Below are positions 1-10,042 of a stretch of DNA of 64,000 bases, in pieces. The translations under genes and the position numbers were made by a program. Each line of letters starts with the position of its first letter. The first letter of the stretch is position 1. The notes under the pieces were generated by a model that was not told where the DNA came from, made no database searches, and saw only the letters and a list, made by a program, of their open reading frames with translations. The DNA is taken from the NCBI GenBank assembly GCA_934167095.1, contig CAKPKE010000004.1, positions 7,033 through 71,032 of the forward strand, given 5' to 3'. The stretch is from an uncultured Clostridia bacterium. GTDB lineage: Bacteria > Bacillota > Clostridia > TANB77 > CAG-508.

Positions 1-254
1 ATGTAAGAGATAGCAAAATAAAACAGATGGATTTGATATTATGTGCAACTATTAGCCATGCAGAAATGCTAAAAAGAATGTATCCAGAACTAAAAGAAAA
101 AATATTTACAATAAAAGAATATGCTTATGGCAAAGAAGTTGAGGATAAAGATATAAAAGACCCATGGGGATATACTTTAGATGTGTATAAAAACTGTGCA
201 AAAGAAATATATGAAGCATTAGAGAAAATTGTCGAAAAAACACAGCAAAAATAA
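1..254 (+). CDS. Low-molecular-weight protein phosphatase (YwlE-like Arg/Tyr phosphatase), C-terminal fragment; 5' end outside window
   Basis: Frame is open from base 3. ..DLILCATISHAEML..FTIKEY..DIKDPWG..DVYKNCAKEI matches the C-terminal half of LMW-PTP proteins, including the D-P-(F/W)-G general-acid loop. Confidence 0.75.
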   Translation, partial: VRDSKIKQMDLILCATISHAEMLKRMYPELKEKIFTIKEYAYGKEVEDKDIKDPWGYTLDVYKNCAKEIYEALEKIVEKTQQK

Positions 255-332
255 AAACAAATGTTCCTAAAAACGTTGACTTTTGGGAACATTTTATATA
301 TAATTTCTAAAAACAAATTGATAGGTGATAAA

Positions 333-2660
333 ATGAATAAAGAAGAACTAATTAATGGATTAAATGACAAACAAAAAGAGGCAGTACTTCAAACTGAAGG
401 ACCATGCCTAGTAATAGCAGGAGCAGGAAGTGGTAAAACTAAAGTTTTAACTCACAAAATTGCGTATTGTATAGCAAATGGAGTTAAGCCATGGAATATA
501 CTTGCAATAACATTTACTAATAAAGCTGCCAATGAAATGAAAGAAAGAATTGAAAATCTTATAGGCGAAGCAGCGGGCGATTTGTGGATGGGAACATTCC
601 ACTCTATTTGTGTTAGAATTTTAAGAAAATTTATTGATAGAATAGGCTTTGGAACAGACTTTGTTATATTTGATAGTTCAGACCAAAAAACATTAGTAAA
701 AGAATGTTTAAAAGCTTTAAAAATAGATGATAAATCATTTACTGATAGAGGAGTCTTGTCAGAAATAAGTAATGCAAAAAATGAATTGCTAGAGCCAAAA
801 GCGTATGCAGTAAAATATTCAGGCGATTATAGAAAAGGTAAAATTGCAGAAATTTATAGCTTATATCAAAGAAGACTAAGAGAAAATAATGCATTAGACT
901 TTGATGATATAATAAATTATACAATAAAAATACTTTCAGATAATCCAGATATATTAGAATATTACACAGAAAAATTCCAATATGTTTTAGTAGATGAGTA
1001 TCAGGACACAAACAAAGCTCAGTTTACATTAGTATCAATACTTGCTTCAAGATATGGAAATATAACAGCAGTTGGCGATAATGACCAATCAATATATGGT
1101 TTCAGAGGTGCTGATATTAGTAATATTTTAAACTTTGAAAAGGATTTCCCTGGAACAACAATTATAAAATTAGAGCAAAATTACAGATGTACAGGCAATA
1201 TTTTAAAAACAGCAAATGCAGTAATTAAGCACAATGAAAACAAATATGAGAAAAAATTATGGACTCAAAACGATGAAGGCGAGCTTCCTTGTATATATTC
1301 AGGTGAAGACGAATATGATGAAGCACGCTATGTTGTAGAGCAAATAAATCATTTAAAAAGAGAAGAATTTTATAAATATCAAGACTTTACAATTCTTTAT
1401 AGAATGAATGCGCAGTCAAGAGCAATAGAAGATATTTTAATGAGAGAGCAAGTTCCATACAAAGTTGTAGGAGGATTAAAGTTCTATGAAAGAAAAGAAA
1501 TAAAAGATACTATTGCATATTTAAGATTAATTCATAATACTGCAGATAATCTTTCATTAAGAAGAATTATAAATGAACCCAAACGTGGAATTGGAAAAAC
1601 AAGTCTTGATAAAATACAAGATATTTCAGATAGAGAAGGAATATCTATGTATGAAATAATAAAAAATGCACAAAACTACGATTTAACAAGAGTTGCAACA
1701 AATGCAAAAGAATTTGTTGAACAAATTGAAAGTTTAAGAGCAAAGAAAAATGAGCTAAAAATTTCTGATTTAATAAAAGAAGCATTAAATGTAACAGGCT
1801 ATACAAAGGCATTAGAGCTTGAAAACACAATAGAAGCTCAAACTAGAATTGAAAACATCGAAGAGTTTTTAACAGTTGCAATAGAGTTTGAAGAGCAATC
1901 AGCAGATAATAGTTTAGCTGAATTCTTAGAAAGTATAACATTGTCTAGTGATATTGATGGAATGGAAGATCAAGAAGATTCAGTAACACTTATGACACTT
2001 CACTCAGCAAAAGGTCTAGAGTTCCCAGTTGTATTTTTAGTAGGAATGGAAGAGGGCTTATTTCCAGGATATAGGTCAATAGGTGAGCCTCAAGAACTAG
2101 AAGAGGAAAGAAGATTATTCTATGTTGGAATCACAAGAGCTAAAAAATATTTATATTTAACATGCGCAAAACATAGAACAATATTTGGTTCTACAAGCTA
2201 TAACCAAGTTTCTAGATTTATAAAAGAAATACCAGATGAACTTCTAGAAGGATATGCAGAAGTTGTAAATAATTCAAGTAAACAAGAGGACAATTTCCAA
2301 GACTTTGGATATAGATGGAGCTATGGAAAAGGTCAATCTGTTAAAACTTATAAAATGGATGACGATGATAAAGCTGTTGCAAATAAAGTTGTAGCTGCAG
2401 CAACATCAAATAGTTCAGATAATGGCTTTAAATTTAGAACAGCAGAAAGCTTCTTAAGCTCACTAAAAACACAAACTACAAGCAATGTTGATTTATCAAA
2501 ATATCAAGTTGGACAAAGAGTATATCACAAGAAGTTTGGAGAAGGAACTATTGTAAAACTTGAAGAAGAAGGAAACGACATAAAGGTAGATTTAGACTTT
2601 GACAAAGTAGGTCATAAGAGGTTAATGGCAAAGTTTGCAGGATTAGAAATATTAAATTAA
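333..2660 (+). CDS. pcrA: ATP-dependent DNA helicase PcrA (UvrD/Rep superfamily 1)
   Basis: Track ORF is 261-2660; ATG 333 behind AGGTGA is the better start (MNKEELINGLNDKQKEAV). Motifs: AGAGSGKT (Walker A), VDEYQDTN, GDNDQSIYGFRGA, TLHSAKGLEF, YVGITRA. C-terminal KFGEGTIV tail. Confidence 0.93.
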   Translation: MNKEELINGLNDKQKEAVLQTEGPCLVIAGAGSGKTKVLTHKIAYCIANGVKPWNILAITFTNKAANEMKERIENLIGEAAGDLWMGTFHSICVRILRKFIDRIGFGTDFVIFDSSDQKTLVKECLKALKIDDKSFTDRGVLSEISNAKNELLEPKAYAVKYSGDYRKGKIAEIYSLYQRRLRENNALDFDDIINYTIKILSDNPDILEYYTEKFQYVLVDEYQDTNKAQFTLVSILASRYGNITAVGDNDQSIYGFRGADISNILNFEKDFPGTTIIKLEQNYRCTGNILKTANAVIKHNENKYEKKLWTQNDEGELPCIYSGEDEYDEARYVVEQINHLKREEFYKYQDFTILYRMNAQSRAIEDILMREQVPYKVVGGLKFYERKEIKDTIAYLRLIHNTADNLSLRRIINEPKRGIGKTSLDKIQDISDREGISMYEIIKNAQNYDLTRVATNAKEFVEQIESLRAKKNELKISDLIKEALNVTGYTKALELENTIEAQTRIENIEEFLTVAIEFEEQSADNSLAEFLESITLSSDIDGMEDQEDSVTLMTLHSAKGLEFPVVFLVGMEEGLFPGYRSIGEPQELEEERRLFYVGITRAKKYLYLTCAKHRTIFGSTSYNQVSRFIKEIPDELLEGYAEVVNNSSKQEDNFQDFGYRWSYGKGQSVKTYKMDDDDKAVANKVVAAATSNSSDNGFKFRTAESFLSSLKTQTTSNVDLSKYQVGQRVYHKKFGEGTIVKLEEEGNDIKVDLDFDKVGHKRLMAKFAGLEILN

Positions 2661-2666
2661 AAAACA

Positions 2667-2696
2667 AAGCATTTACTGTAATAGTAAGTGCTTTTT
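2667..2696 (+). terminator. Rho-independent terminator after pcrA
   Basis: AAGCATTTACT / AGTAAGTGCTT 11-bp stem (one G-U), 5-nt loop, then TTT. Confidence 0.7.
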
Positions 2697-2837
2697 ATAA
2701 TATAGTAGAAAAATTATGCTGACTTTTCTATTATATTAAATATTGTACAGAAATTTTATTTTTTTAATAAATTATTTTTGCATAAAAAATAAAAATAAAG
2801 TAATAATAAGTAAAGAAAAATTTTCTAGGAGGAAAAA

Positions 2838-3026
2838 ATGCCAAATTTAAGTCAAGTTGAATTACAAAATTTAAAAAACTTAATTGAATTGCAAGATACC
2901 AGTTATCAAAAAATAAATGTGTATTCTGATCAAGCAGTTGATCCACAAATAAAACAAATATTTACAAAGTATGCACAAGATAGACTAAATACAAAACAAA
3001 AACTAATGACATTTTTAAATGATTAA
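2838..3026 (+). CDS. Spore coat protein, CotF-like (Coat_F domain), small subunit
   Basis: AGGAGG RBS. LSQVELQNLKNLIELQDTSYQKINVYSDQAVDPQIKQIF resembles Coat F domain proteins, and it is paired with a second Coat_F-like gene as in many clostridia. Confidence 0.55.
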   Translation: MPNLSQVELQNLKNLIELQDTSYQKINVYSDQAVDPQIKQIFTKYAQDRLNTKQKLMTFLND

Positions 3027-3035
3027 GGGGGAGCT

Positions 3036-3278
3036 ATGGACGAAAAAACAATGGTAAATGATGTTTTAGATTCTTGCAAGACAAGTTTAAATTTATATGG
3101 AACTGCTATTATTAATACAATAGATATGACTTTAAGACAAACGATACAACAAATAAGAAATAATGAAGAGAGCTTTCAATATGAGATGTTAAAAATTGCA
3201 CAATTAAAAGAGTACAAAACTCTAGAGTTCCAAGCATCAGAAAGCGAAATAGAGCAAGTAAAAAACGAGCTTCAGTAA
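3036..3278 (+). CDS. Spore coat protein, CotF-like (Coat_F domain)
   Basis: GGGGGAG RBS. MVNDVLDSCKTSLNLYGTAIINTIDMTLRQTIQQIRNNEESFQYEM is a typical Coat_F pattern. Confidence 0.55.
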   Translation: MDEKTMVNDVLDSCKTSLNLYGTAIINTIDMTLRQTIQQIRNNEESFQYEMLKIAQLKEYKTLEFQASESEIEQVKNELQ

Positions 3279-3383
3279 GAAATTTTGCTTTATATCTTGA
3301 TAAATTTCCAATATTAGTATAGAATAACAATGATAAACAAAAAAGATGGGAGTTGTTGAGGTATAAATATTTTTAAAAGAGGA

Positions 3384-4358
3384 ATGAACCATGCTAGATT
3401 TATAGTAAAGCTAACAACATTAATAGTAATTGCTGCAGCTATAATATGTGGAGTGATAATCTACTTTTTTAAACCAACTTATAGTGTAAGCCTAAATGGA
3501 GAATTCATAGGATACACTCAAAATAAAAGTGAACTACAATCAAGAATAAATGAAGCACTTCAAAAAGGAAATGGTGGAACACTTGCATTTGTACAAATAG
3601 AAAATATGCCACAATATAGTTTGTGCATGCTAAAAAGAAATGTGCAAACTAATGATGATGAGATATATGAAAAAATTGTAGGACAAGGAGTATCATATTA
3701 TAGATACTTTGCTGTACTAGAAGGCGAAGAAGAAAAATGCTATATTTCAAATTTTGACGAAGCAGAAAGTGTAATAGAAACTCTTAAAGAAAAAGAAAGC
3801 ACAAATGCTGATAAAATTAGTATAGTAGAAACTTATAGTACACAGGAGCCTGAATACACAAGTGCTGATACATGTGTAGAAGAACTATATAAAGCAAAGC
3901 CAGTTGTAAAAAAAGTTACAAGAGGTGGAAGTGGTATAGGTGTATCAGGAATGAATACATCAGGTAATGTGGTATCAATTGGAATAAGCTTAATAAGACC
4001 TGTAAATAGTAGTATATTAACATCAAGATATGGCCCAAGAAGTAGAGATAACCACAAGGGAATTGATATAGCAGCAGATTATGGCACAAATATTTATGCT
4101 GCAGCATCTGGAACAGCTTATGTAGCAGCTTATGGCTACAACGGTGGATACGGAAATTACATAATATTAGACCATGGAAATGGAGTTCAAACATTATATG
4201 GACATTGTAGTTCATTATGTATAGAACAAGGTCAGTATGTAGAACAAGGCCAATTAATTGCAAAAGTAGGGTCTACAGGAATATCAACAGGAAATCATTT
4301 ACACCTAGAAGTTAGAGTAAATGGAGTAGCTCAAGACCCACAAAACTACGTATATTAA
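3384..4358 (+). CDS. Membrane-anchored M23 (LytM-type) metallopeptidase
   Basis: N-terminal TM helix. C-terminal HKGIDIAADYGTNIYAAASG..GYGNYIILDHGNGVQTLYGHCS..GSTGISTGNHLHLEV gives the HxxxD and HxH zinc motifs of peptidase M23. Confidence 0.85.
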   Translation: MNHARFIVKLTTLIVIAAAIICGVIIYFFKPTYSVSLNGEFIGYTQNKSELQSRINEALQKGNGGTLAFVQIENMPQYSLCMLKRNVQTNDDEIYEKIVGQGVSYYRYFAVLEGEEEKCYISNFDEAESVIETLKEKESTNADKISIVETYSTQEPEYTSADTCVEELYKAKPVVKKVTRGGSGIGVSGMNTSGNVVSIGISLIRPVNSSILTSRYGPRSRDNHKGIDIAADYGTNIYAAASGTAYVAAYGYNGGYGNYIILDHGNGVQTLYGHCSSLCIEQGQYVEQGQLIAKVGSTGISTGNHLHLEVRVNGVAQDPQNYVY

Positions 4359-4364
4359 AAATTT

Positions 4365-4405
4365 AACTATAATTAGGATAGAATATCTTAATTATAGTTT
4401 TTTTG
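4365..4405 (+). terminator. Rho-independent terminator after M23 peptidase gene
   Basis: 13-bp stem AACTATAATTAGG / CTTAATTATAGTT, 9-nt loop, T-run. Confidence 0.75.
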
Positions 4406-4465
4406 TTGACTTTATTTTCTAGTAGTATTATGATAAAGGAAAACAGAAGAATAAGGAAAATTTAT

Positions 4466-5296
4466 ATGAAAAAAAGAAAAATTGTACTATTTATAATATT
4501 AGTAATTATTGGTATGCTAATATTAAATAAAAATGTATATGCTACTTCAGTTGGAATAATTACTATAAAAGGTAGCAAAAGAAATGTAAAAGCAGGGGAT
4601 ACTTTTACAATCACTATTCATGCTAGTTGCGATGATGGTATAAATGGATTAACTGCTAATTATGAATACGATGAAGATAAACTAGAGTTGACAGATGCAA
4701 AAGTTGCAAATTCAAATTGGAGTTCACTTGGTGGAGAAAAGGAAATTGCATTAATTGCTACGAGTGCTACCGATATAACATCTGATGATATGTATACTTT
4801 AACTTTTAAAGTTAAAAGTAATGTGAAAAGTGGAGATACAATAAACTTTAGTATAAAAAATACCACCTTAAGTGTATTTTCACATGATGGAAGTGATATA
4901 AATATTGGAGATAAAACTGTCACACTAAATGTTAGTGAATCAACAACAGTAGATCCCTCTCCAGATCCAGAGCCTGACCCAGAACCAGAACCTACTCCAA
5001 CTCCAGACCCAGAGCCAAATCCTACACCAGAACCAGAACCGACACCAGAGCCAACTCCTAGCCCAGAACCTGACAACAAAAGTGATGTAGATAATAGAAA
5101 TGATAATAAAGTAGATAATAAAAAAGAAGAAATAACAAAACAACCTGGAGAAAATAAAGAAAAAGACACAACAACTGCTACAACTAATTATCCATATACT
5201 GGAGAAAAAACAATAATTTTTATATCAATATTAATTGCAATAGCTGTTATATCAGCACTATTGTATAAAAAATATAAAAATATTCAGATAAAATAA
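4466..5296 (+). CDS. Cell-surface cohesin-domain protein with Pro/Glu/Thr linker and sortase-type C-terminal anchor
   Basis: Start ATG 4466 (track ORF starts at 4403) gives signal peptide [26 protein letters not shown]. Cohesin-like beta-sandwich pattern: [59 protein letters not shown]. Then a PEPT linker and YPYTGE + hydrophobic helix + KKYKNIQIK tail (LPXTG-like sorting signal variant). Confidence 0.65.
   Translation: MKKRKIVLFIILVIIGMLILNKNVYATSVGIITIKGSKRNVKAGDTFTITIHASCDDGINGLTANYEYDEDKLELTDAKVANSNWSSLGGEKEIALIATSATDITSDDMYTLTFKVKSNVKSGDTINFSIKNTTLSVFSHDGSDINIGDKTVTLNVSESTTVDPSPDPEPDPEPEPTPTPDPEPNPTPEPEPTPEPTPSPEPDNKSDVDNRNDNKVDNKKEEITKQPGENKEKDTTTATTNYPYTGEKTIIFISILIAIAVISALLYKKYKNIQIK
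4953..5073. repeat. Low-complexity CCAGA(A/G)CC-type repeat encoding the (P-E/D/T)n linker
   Basis: Encodes [41 protein letters not shown]. It also generates a spurious GSGSG antisense ORF. Confidence 0.8.
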
Positions 5297-5306
5297 AGGG
5301 GAAAAA

Positions 5307-6836
5307 ATGAATAAAAAAAGATTAACTTTTGTATTTTGTTTGCTGGGAATATTATTAATTACGGCAATTATAGTCTTTATTATTGAATTTTCTAGACCAA
5401 AAACGAGAAATCAACAAATAGTTGGAGATACAGCAAATTTTAATGCAGAAGATGAAATAAAAATAATAGGGCTAACCATTGAAAAAGAACCTGATAAAAC
5501 AACATATTATGTTGGTGATTATTCAAGAGATATTGATTTAAGCGGAATGAGATTGATATATGTATATCAAAAAGGAAATGAAATAATTCACGAATTGGTG
5601 GATAATATTTATGTAGCCAATAGCATAAGGTTTGACCATGAGGGAAGTTATACTATACCAATACAATGTCAATATGGAACAGTTACAATTGAAATAAAAA
5701 CAGTGATGCCTCCTATATCAAGATTGCAAGTAAATAGAAATCCGACAAAAACAGAATATTATGTTGGAGATAGTCCAGACATAACAGGATTAGCACTTGG
5801 AGCAATATACGAAAATGAATATTATAGGGAGAATATTCAAAATTTTACATGTAGAAGTCCACAAGTATTTACAGAGGTTGGAACACAAGATATTGTAGTG
5901 GAATATACTGAAAATGGAAAAACTGTAACGATAAATATCCCGGTTAATGTAAAAAAGCCTATCCCTGTATCTGTTGCAATAAGTACATATCCAAATAGAA
6001 TGCAATATTTTGAATATGACACATTAGATTTAACTGGACTAAAATTAAATGTAACATATAATAGTGGTAAAGTAGTAGAAAAATCTGAAGGATTTTCAAG
6101 TGAACAAACAATTTTAGAAAATGAGGGCATGCAACAAATAATTGTAAAATATAAAGAAGATGATGTTATATTGCAAGTTGCTTTCAATGTACAAGTTCAA
6201 AAAAGAGTATTAACTTATATATTATTAAAAACATATCCTACTAAAGTTCAATATATAGTTGGAGAAGACTTAGATATAACAGGACTTACTATAGAAGCAA
6301 AATATAACAATAATACAAGTAAAGTTATGAATTCAGGTTTTGAGTATACTCCAAAGAATTTAACAAAGGAAGGCAATCAAGTAATAACAATAAATTATAC
6401 TGAAAATAATGTAAAAACTGTATTAAGCTTTAGTGTAACGGTGTATCCGGTTGTAATAAATTCAAATGTTTACGAAGTAGGGGAAAAAGAAATTAGAAAA
6501 ATTCAGCCTAAAACCAAAAGTAGACAATTAAAAAACAATATAACAAGCAATACAAATATAAAAATAACAAATAATGAAAATGAAGTTTCTGATGAAGCTT
6601 TTTTAGCAACAGGAATGACAGCAAATGGATACAAAATAATTGTTACAGGAGATACAAATGGAGATGGCAAAGCTGATATTCAAGATATACTAAATATAAA
6701 TAAACACAGGCTAAATAAAATAAAACTTGAAAATGAATATCTAAAAGCTGGAGATGTGACAGGAGATGGAAAAGTTGATATTCAAGATATATTAAAAATA
6801 AATAAATATAGATTAAATAAAATCTCAGAAATATAA
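5307..6836 (+). CDS. Dockerin-bearing surface protein with four Big_3-type Ig-like repeats
   Basis: N-terminal signal/anchor. Four repeats of the K(T/V)xYxVG(D/E)xxD(L/I)(S/T)G(L/M) pattern (Big_3-like). C-terminal duplicated Ca-binding segments GDTNGDGKADIQDILNINKHRLNK / GDVTGDGKVDIQDILKINKYRLNK form a type I dockerin (about nt 6648-6833). Confidence 0.75.
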   Translation: MNKKRLTFVFCLLGILLITAIIVFIIEFSRPKTRNQQIVGDTANFNAEDEIKIIGLTIEKEPDKTTYYVGDYSRDIDLSGMRLIYVYQKGNEIIHELVDNIYVANSIRFDHEGSYTIPIQCQYGTVTIEIKTVMPPISRLQVNRNPTKTEYYVGDSPDITGLALGAIYENEYYRENIQNFTCRSPQVFTEVGTQDIVVEYTENGKTVTINIPVNVKKPIPVSVAISTYPNRMQYFEYDTLDLTGLKLNVTYNSGKVVEKSEGFSSEQTILENEGMQQIIVKYKEDDVILQVAFNVQVQKRVLTYILLKTYPTKVQYIVGEDLDITGLTIEAKYNNNTSKVMNSGFEYTPKNLTKEGNQVITINYTENNVKTVLSFSVTVYPVVINSNVYEVGEKEIRKIQPKTKSRQLKNNITSNTNIKITNNENEVSDEAFLATGMTANGYKIIVTGDTNGDGKADIQDILNINKHRLNKIKLENEYLKAGDVTGDGKVDIQDILKINKYRLNKISEI

Positions 6837-6843
6837 AAATAGA

Positions 6844-6869
6844 GTCGTATGAATTAATCATACGGCTTT
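6844..6869. terminator. Bidirectional terminator between convergent dockerin gene and mecA
   Basis: GTCGTATGA / TCATACGGC 9-bp stem (one G-U), loop ATTAA, T/A runs on both sides. Confidence 0.6.
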
Positions 6870-6874
6870 AAAAT

Positions 6875-7504
6875 TTATTTTAAAAAATATTTTTCGCAAG
6901 TTTTAATTGCATTTGATTTTATAACTATTTTGCCAGATTCATGTATTTTCTGAATTAGTCCATGAACAGGAGTTACATATTTTGCAAACTCTGTAATTGA
7001 GGAATAAAGTTTTTTTGCTTCAGGATATTTTGCATTAACGTTACCAAATACAAGGTAATAAGCATTATTAAAATTATATAAAGTTGTTATTTTTGCAAAT
7101 CTGCTAAAGCCAGGTAAATTCATATTATGTAAGTGGTCAACAAATGAGCAAAAGTCCTCAAAATTTTCAAATTTGTAAATTAGTACAGAGCAATCTATAT
7201 TAGATTGTGATATTTTTTTAGAAACCTTTAATTTCTTTTTAGTTGATTTTTCTTCATTTTCATGAATTCTTGTTATTGTAAAAATGAAAGTGCCTTTGTC
7301 TGTAACTATTGTTTCAACTTTTAACCTATAATTTTCTGTTGAAAAGCCATATTCTCTTTCAGCTTTATCAAGAACACTTAAAAATAAAGACTGAGTTTCA
7401 TCTGAATTAGACATAAAAGAGTGAAAATCAATATTGTTTTCTTCTAAGTCAGATTTGCTAAGAGTTATTTTCATTTTATCTTCATTTACTTTTTCAAATT
7501 TCAT
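6875..7504 (-). CDS. mecA: Adaptor protein MecA (ClpC adaptor)
   Basis: MKFEKVNEDKMKITLSKSDLEENNIDF.. N-terminus, ..LYNFNNAYYLVF.. and C-terminal ..HESGKIVIKSNAIKTCEKYF are colinear with Bacillus MecA (..LYSFENRYYLYV.., EEYGKLIISEHALETIKKHF). Confidence 0.85.
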   Translation of the reverse strand: MKFEKVNEDKMKITLSKSDLEENNIDFHSFMSNSDETQSLFLSVLDKAEREYGFSTENYRLKVETIVTDKGTFIFTITRIHENEEKSTKKKLKVSKKISQSNIDCSVLIYKFENFEDFCSFVDHLHNMNLPGFSRFAKITTLYNFNNAYYLVFGNVNAKYPEAKKLYSSITEFAKYVTPVHGLIQKIHESGKIVIKSNAIKTCEKYFLK

Positions 7505-7848
7505 ATTGTAAAACCTCCAGAATAATTGGAATGGAATATAAAAGATTGATTCATTAAATATATTATACTACTAAATGATTGCTAAATAAAGAAACAATAA
7601 TTGGAAATCAAACTTTTATATATTATATTAATATTTAATTAAAAATGTAATAATAAATATATCACAAAAATGGCTAAAAATAAAGAAAAATTTGTCGAAA
7701 ATCTAAAATAATATATAAAATTTTATTAATTAAATATAATTTCATTTTTCTATTGAAAAAAAAGCTATTTCAATATATAATACATGCTATAGTGGGCACA
7801 AATATAATAAAAATTAAGATAAACATAAATTAGTACACGGAGGAAAAA

Positions 7849-8103
7849 ATGAAGAGTAGAAGTTCTTGGATATGTATATTATTTATTCTAGCAGGATTAG
7901 TAATAGGAAGTTTAATAGGAAATTTAGCTTCAAATGTGGATTTTTTATGGTGGTTGTCATTTGGACAAGAGTTTGGTCTATCTGAGCCATTAGTATTAGA
8001 TTTACAAGTAGTAAAATTAACATTTGCAGTAACATTTAAAATAAATATAGCTAGCATAATAGGAGTAATAATATCAATGTTTATATACAGAAAAGCTTTA
8101 TAA
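7849..8103 (+). CDS. DUF4321-family small membrane protein (typically precedes mreB in Clostridia)
   Basis: GGAGG RBS, 84 aa, two TM helices. ..LAGLVIGSLIGNL..FLWWLSFGQEFGLSEPLVLDLQVVKLTFAVTFKINIASIIG pattern, positioned directly upstream of mreB. Confidence 0.7.
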   Translation: MKSRSSWICILFILAGLVIGSLIGNLASNVDFLWWLSFGQEFGLSEPLVLDLQVVKLTFAVTFKINIASIIGVIISMFIYRKAL

Positions 8104-8156
8104 ACAGAATAGAACTGCTCACGACTTGAAAAGAAGGAAAGGATGAGTAGAAAAAA

Positions 8157-9185
8157 ATGAGCCTATTTTCATTAGTTTCAAAGGACTTAGGAATGGACCT
8201 AGGTACATCAAACATATTAATAACAATCAAAGGAAAAGGCATTGTTTTAAATGAACCTTCAGTTGTAGCAATAGATAGAAGAAAAAATGAAATTGTAGCA
8301 ACAGGACATGAAGCAAAAGAAATGCTTGGAAGAACTCCAGAACAAATAAATGCTGTAAGGCCAATGAAAGATGGTGTTATAGCAGATTTAACAGCAACTA
8401 GTTTGTTAATTAAAAATATTATGAATAAGGTTTGTAAAAGATACAATTGTGGTAGACCAAGAGTGGTAGTAGGAGTACCATCTGGAATTACAGAAGTAGA
8501 AGAAAGGGCTGTTCAAGAAGCAGTTGCAAGTGCAGGAGCAAGAGAAGTTTTTTTAATTGAAGAACCTATGGCAGCTGCAATTGGTGCAGGATTGGATGTT
8601 GCAGAACCAACAGGAAGTATGGTAATAGACATTGGTGGAGGAACAACAGAAGTTGCTGTTATTTCACTTGGAGGAATTGTTGTATCAGATTCAATAAAAA
8701 TTGCCGGAGATGAAATTGATCAAGAAATAATTGCTTATGTTAAAAATAATTTAAATTTAGCAATTGGAAGCACTATTGCAGAACAAGTAAAAATAGAACT
8801 TGGATGTGCTACAAAGCCAATAACAGACAAAACTATGGAAATCAGTGGAAGAGATTTAACATCTGGACTACCTGAAAATAGAACAATATCTTCAAAAGAA
8901 GTTTGCATGGCTATGGCACCATCAATAGAAAAAATAGTAGACTTAGTAAAATCAACACTTGAAAAAACACCACCAGAACTTGTTTCAGATATAATTGAAA
9001 GAGGAATAACCTTAACTGGTGGCGGAGCACTTATTAAAGATTTGGACATGCTTATAGCACAAAGAATTGAGGTACCAGTGTATGTTGCAGATAGACCATT
9101 AGAATGTGTTGTAAACGGTACAAGTAAAACAATTCAAGATTTAGAAAAGTTAAGAACAGTTTTAATCAATGCAAAAAAGAGATAA
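8157..9185 (+). CDS. mreB: Rod-shape-determining protein MreB (actin-like ATPase)
   Basis: DLGMDLGTSN, VVVGVPSGITEVEERA, IEEPMAAAIGAG, VIDIGGGTTEVAVISLGG, ITLTGGGALIKDLD. Confidence 0.95.
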   Translation: MSLFSLVSKDLGMDLGTSNILITIKGKGIVLNEPSVVAIDRRKNEIVATGHEAKEMLGRTPEQINAVRPMKDGVIADLTATSLLIKNIMNKVCKRYNCGRPRVVVGVPSGITEVEERAVQEAVASAGAREVFLIEEPMAAAIGAGLDVAEPTGSMVIDIGGGTTEVAVISLGGIVVSDSIKIAGDEIDQEIIAYVKNNLNLAIGSTIAEQVKIELGCATKPITDKTMEISGRDLTSGLPENRTISSKEVCMAMAPSIEKIVDLVKSTLEKTPPELVSDIIERGITLTGGGALIKDLDMLIAQRIEVPVYVADRPLECVVNGTSKTIQDLEKLRTVLINAKKR

Positions 9186-9202
9186 AAAATAGGAGAGCTT
9201 AA

Positions 9203-10018
9203 ATGCGTAGAAATAAGAAAACTGGAATAGTAGGAGTAATAATAACAATAATAATTCTAATTATTATTGTTATTGTTTCTAATGTTAAAATAGAGAATTT
9301 CTCTAATATAGGCAGTGCTTTAGGAAGTTTTGTAATGCCAGTACAAAACGGAATAACTTATTTAAAAAATAAAATTAGAGGAAATAATGAGTTCTTTTCT
9401 GATGTGTCAAATATTAGAGCAGAAAATGAAGAACTAAAAAAGCAAAATGATGAATTAGAAAAAGAATTAAGAGAACTAGAAATAATAAAGGCAGAAAATG
9501 AAACTTTAAAAGAATATGTAAATTTAAAAGATAAATATACCGAATACAAAACTTTGCCAGGATATGTTATAAACAGAGATAACAGCAATTATAGCAATAT
9601 TATAGTTATAAATGTTGGAAAAAATGATGGAATAAAGGTAAATATGCCGGTTATTTCAAATAATGGTTTAGTAGGACATATTATTTCTGTAACCGATACA
9701 ACAGCAAAAGTTCAAACTCTTTTAGATACAGCAAGTGCAGTAAGTGGTGTTGTTGGAAGTTCGAGAGATACTCTAATTTTAAAAGGAAATTTGCAAGAAA
9801 CAGGATTGTTAAAAGCAAGTTATATTCAAACAACTGCAACAATTTTAGAAGGGGATAAAGTAGAAACTTCGGGTCTTGGTGGAATATATCCAAAAGGAAT
9901 AACAATAGGAACAGTAAAACAAGTAATAAATACAAAAAATTTAACCAATAGATATGCTTTAATAGAGCCTGCAGTAGATATTAATAAAATAGAAACTGTA
10001 TTGGTAATAACAAATTAA
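9203..10018 (+). CDS. mreC: Rod-shape-determining protein MreC
   Basis: N-terminal TM, coiled coil (ENEELKKQNDELEKELRELE), C-terminal beta-barrel motifs (GIKVNMPVISNNGLVGHI..ETSGLGGIYPKGITIGTV), position after mreB. Confidence 0.9.
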   Translation: MRRNKKTGIVGVIITIIILIIIVIVSNVKIENFSNIGSALGSFVMPVQNGITYLKNKIRGNNEFFSDVSNIRAENEELKKQNDELEKELRELEIIKAENETLKEYVNLKDKYTEYKTLPGYVINRDNSNYSNIIVINVGKNDGIKVNMPVISNNGLVGHIISVTDTTAKVQTLLDTASAVSGVVGSSRDTLILKGNLQETGLLKASYIQTTATILEGDKVETSGLGGIYPKGITIGTVKQVINTKNLTNRYALIEPAVDINKIETVLVITN

Positions 10019-10042
10019 AAATAAGAAAGGAGGAAAGCTAAA

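Noticed and set aside
4660-5169. 169-aa minus-strand ORF with a GSGSGVGSG repeat
   Set aside because: It is the mirror image of the (P-E-T)n linker-coding repeat of the cohesin gene, so it is an artefact of low-complexity sequence.
7693-7699. Perfect Spo0A-box heptamer TGTCGAA in the mecA / DUF4321-mreB divergent spacer
   Set aside because: My rough estimate is that a single 7-mer like this would occur several times by chance in 64 kb of this composition (both strands). With no clustering or positional support, I did not call it.
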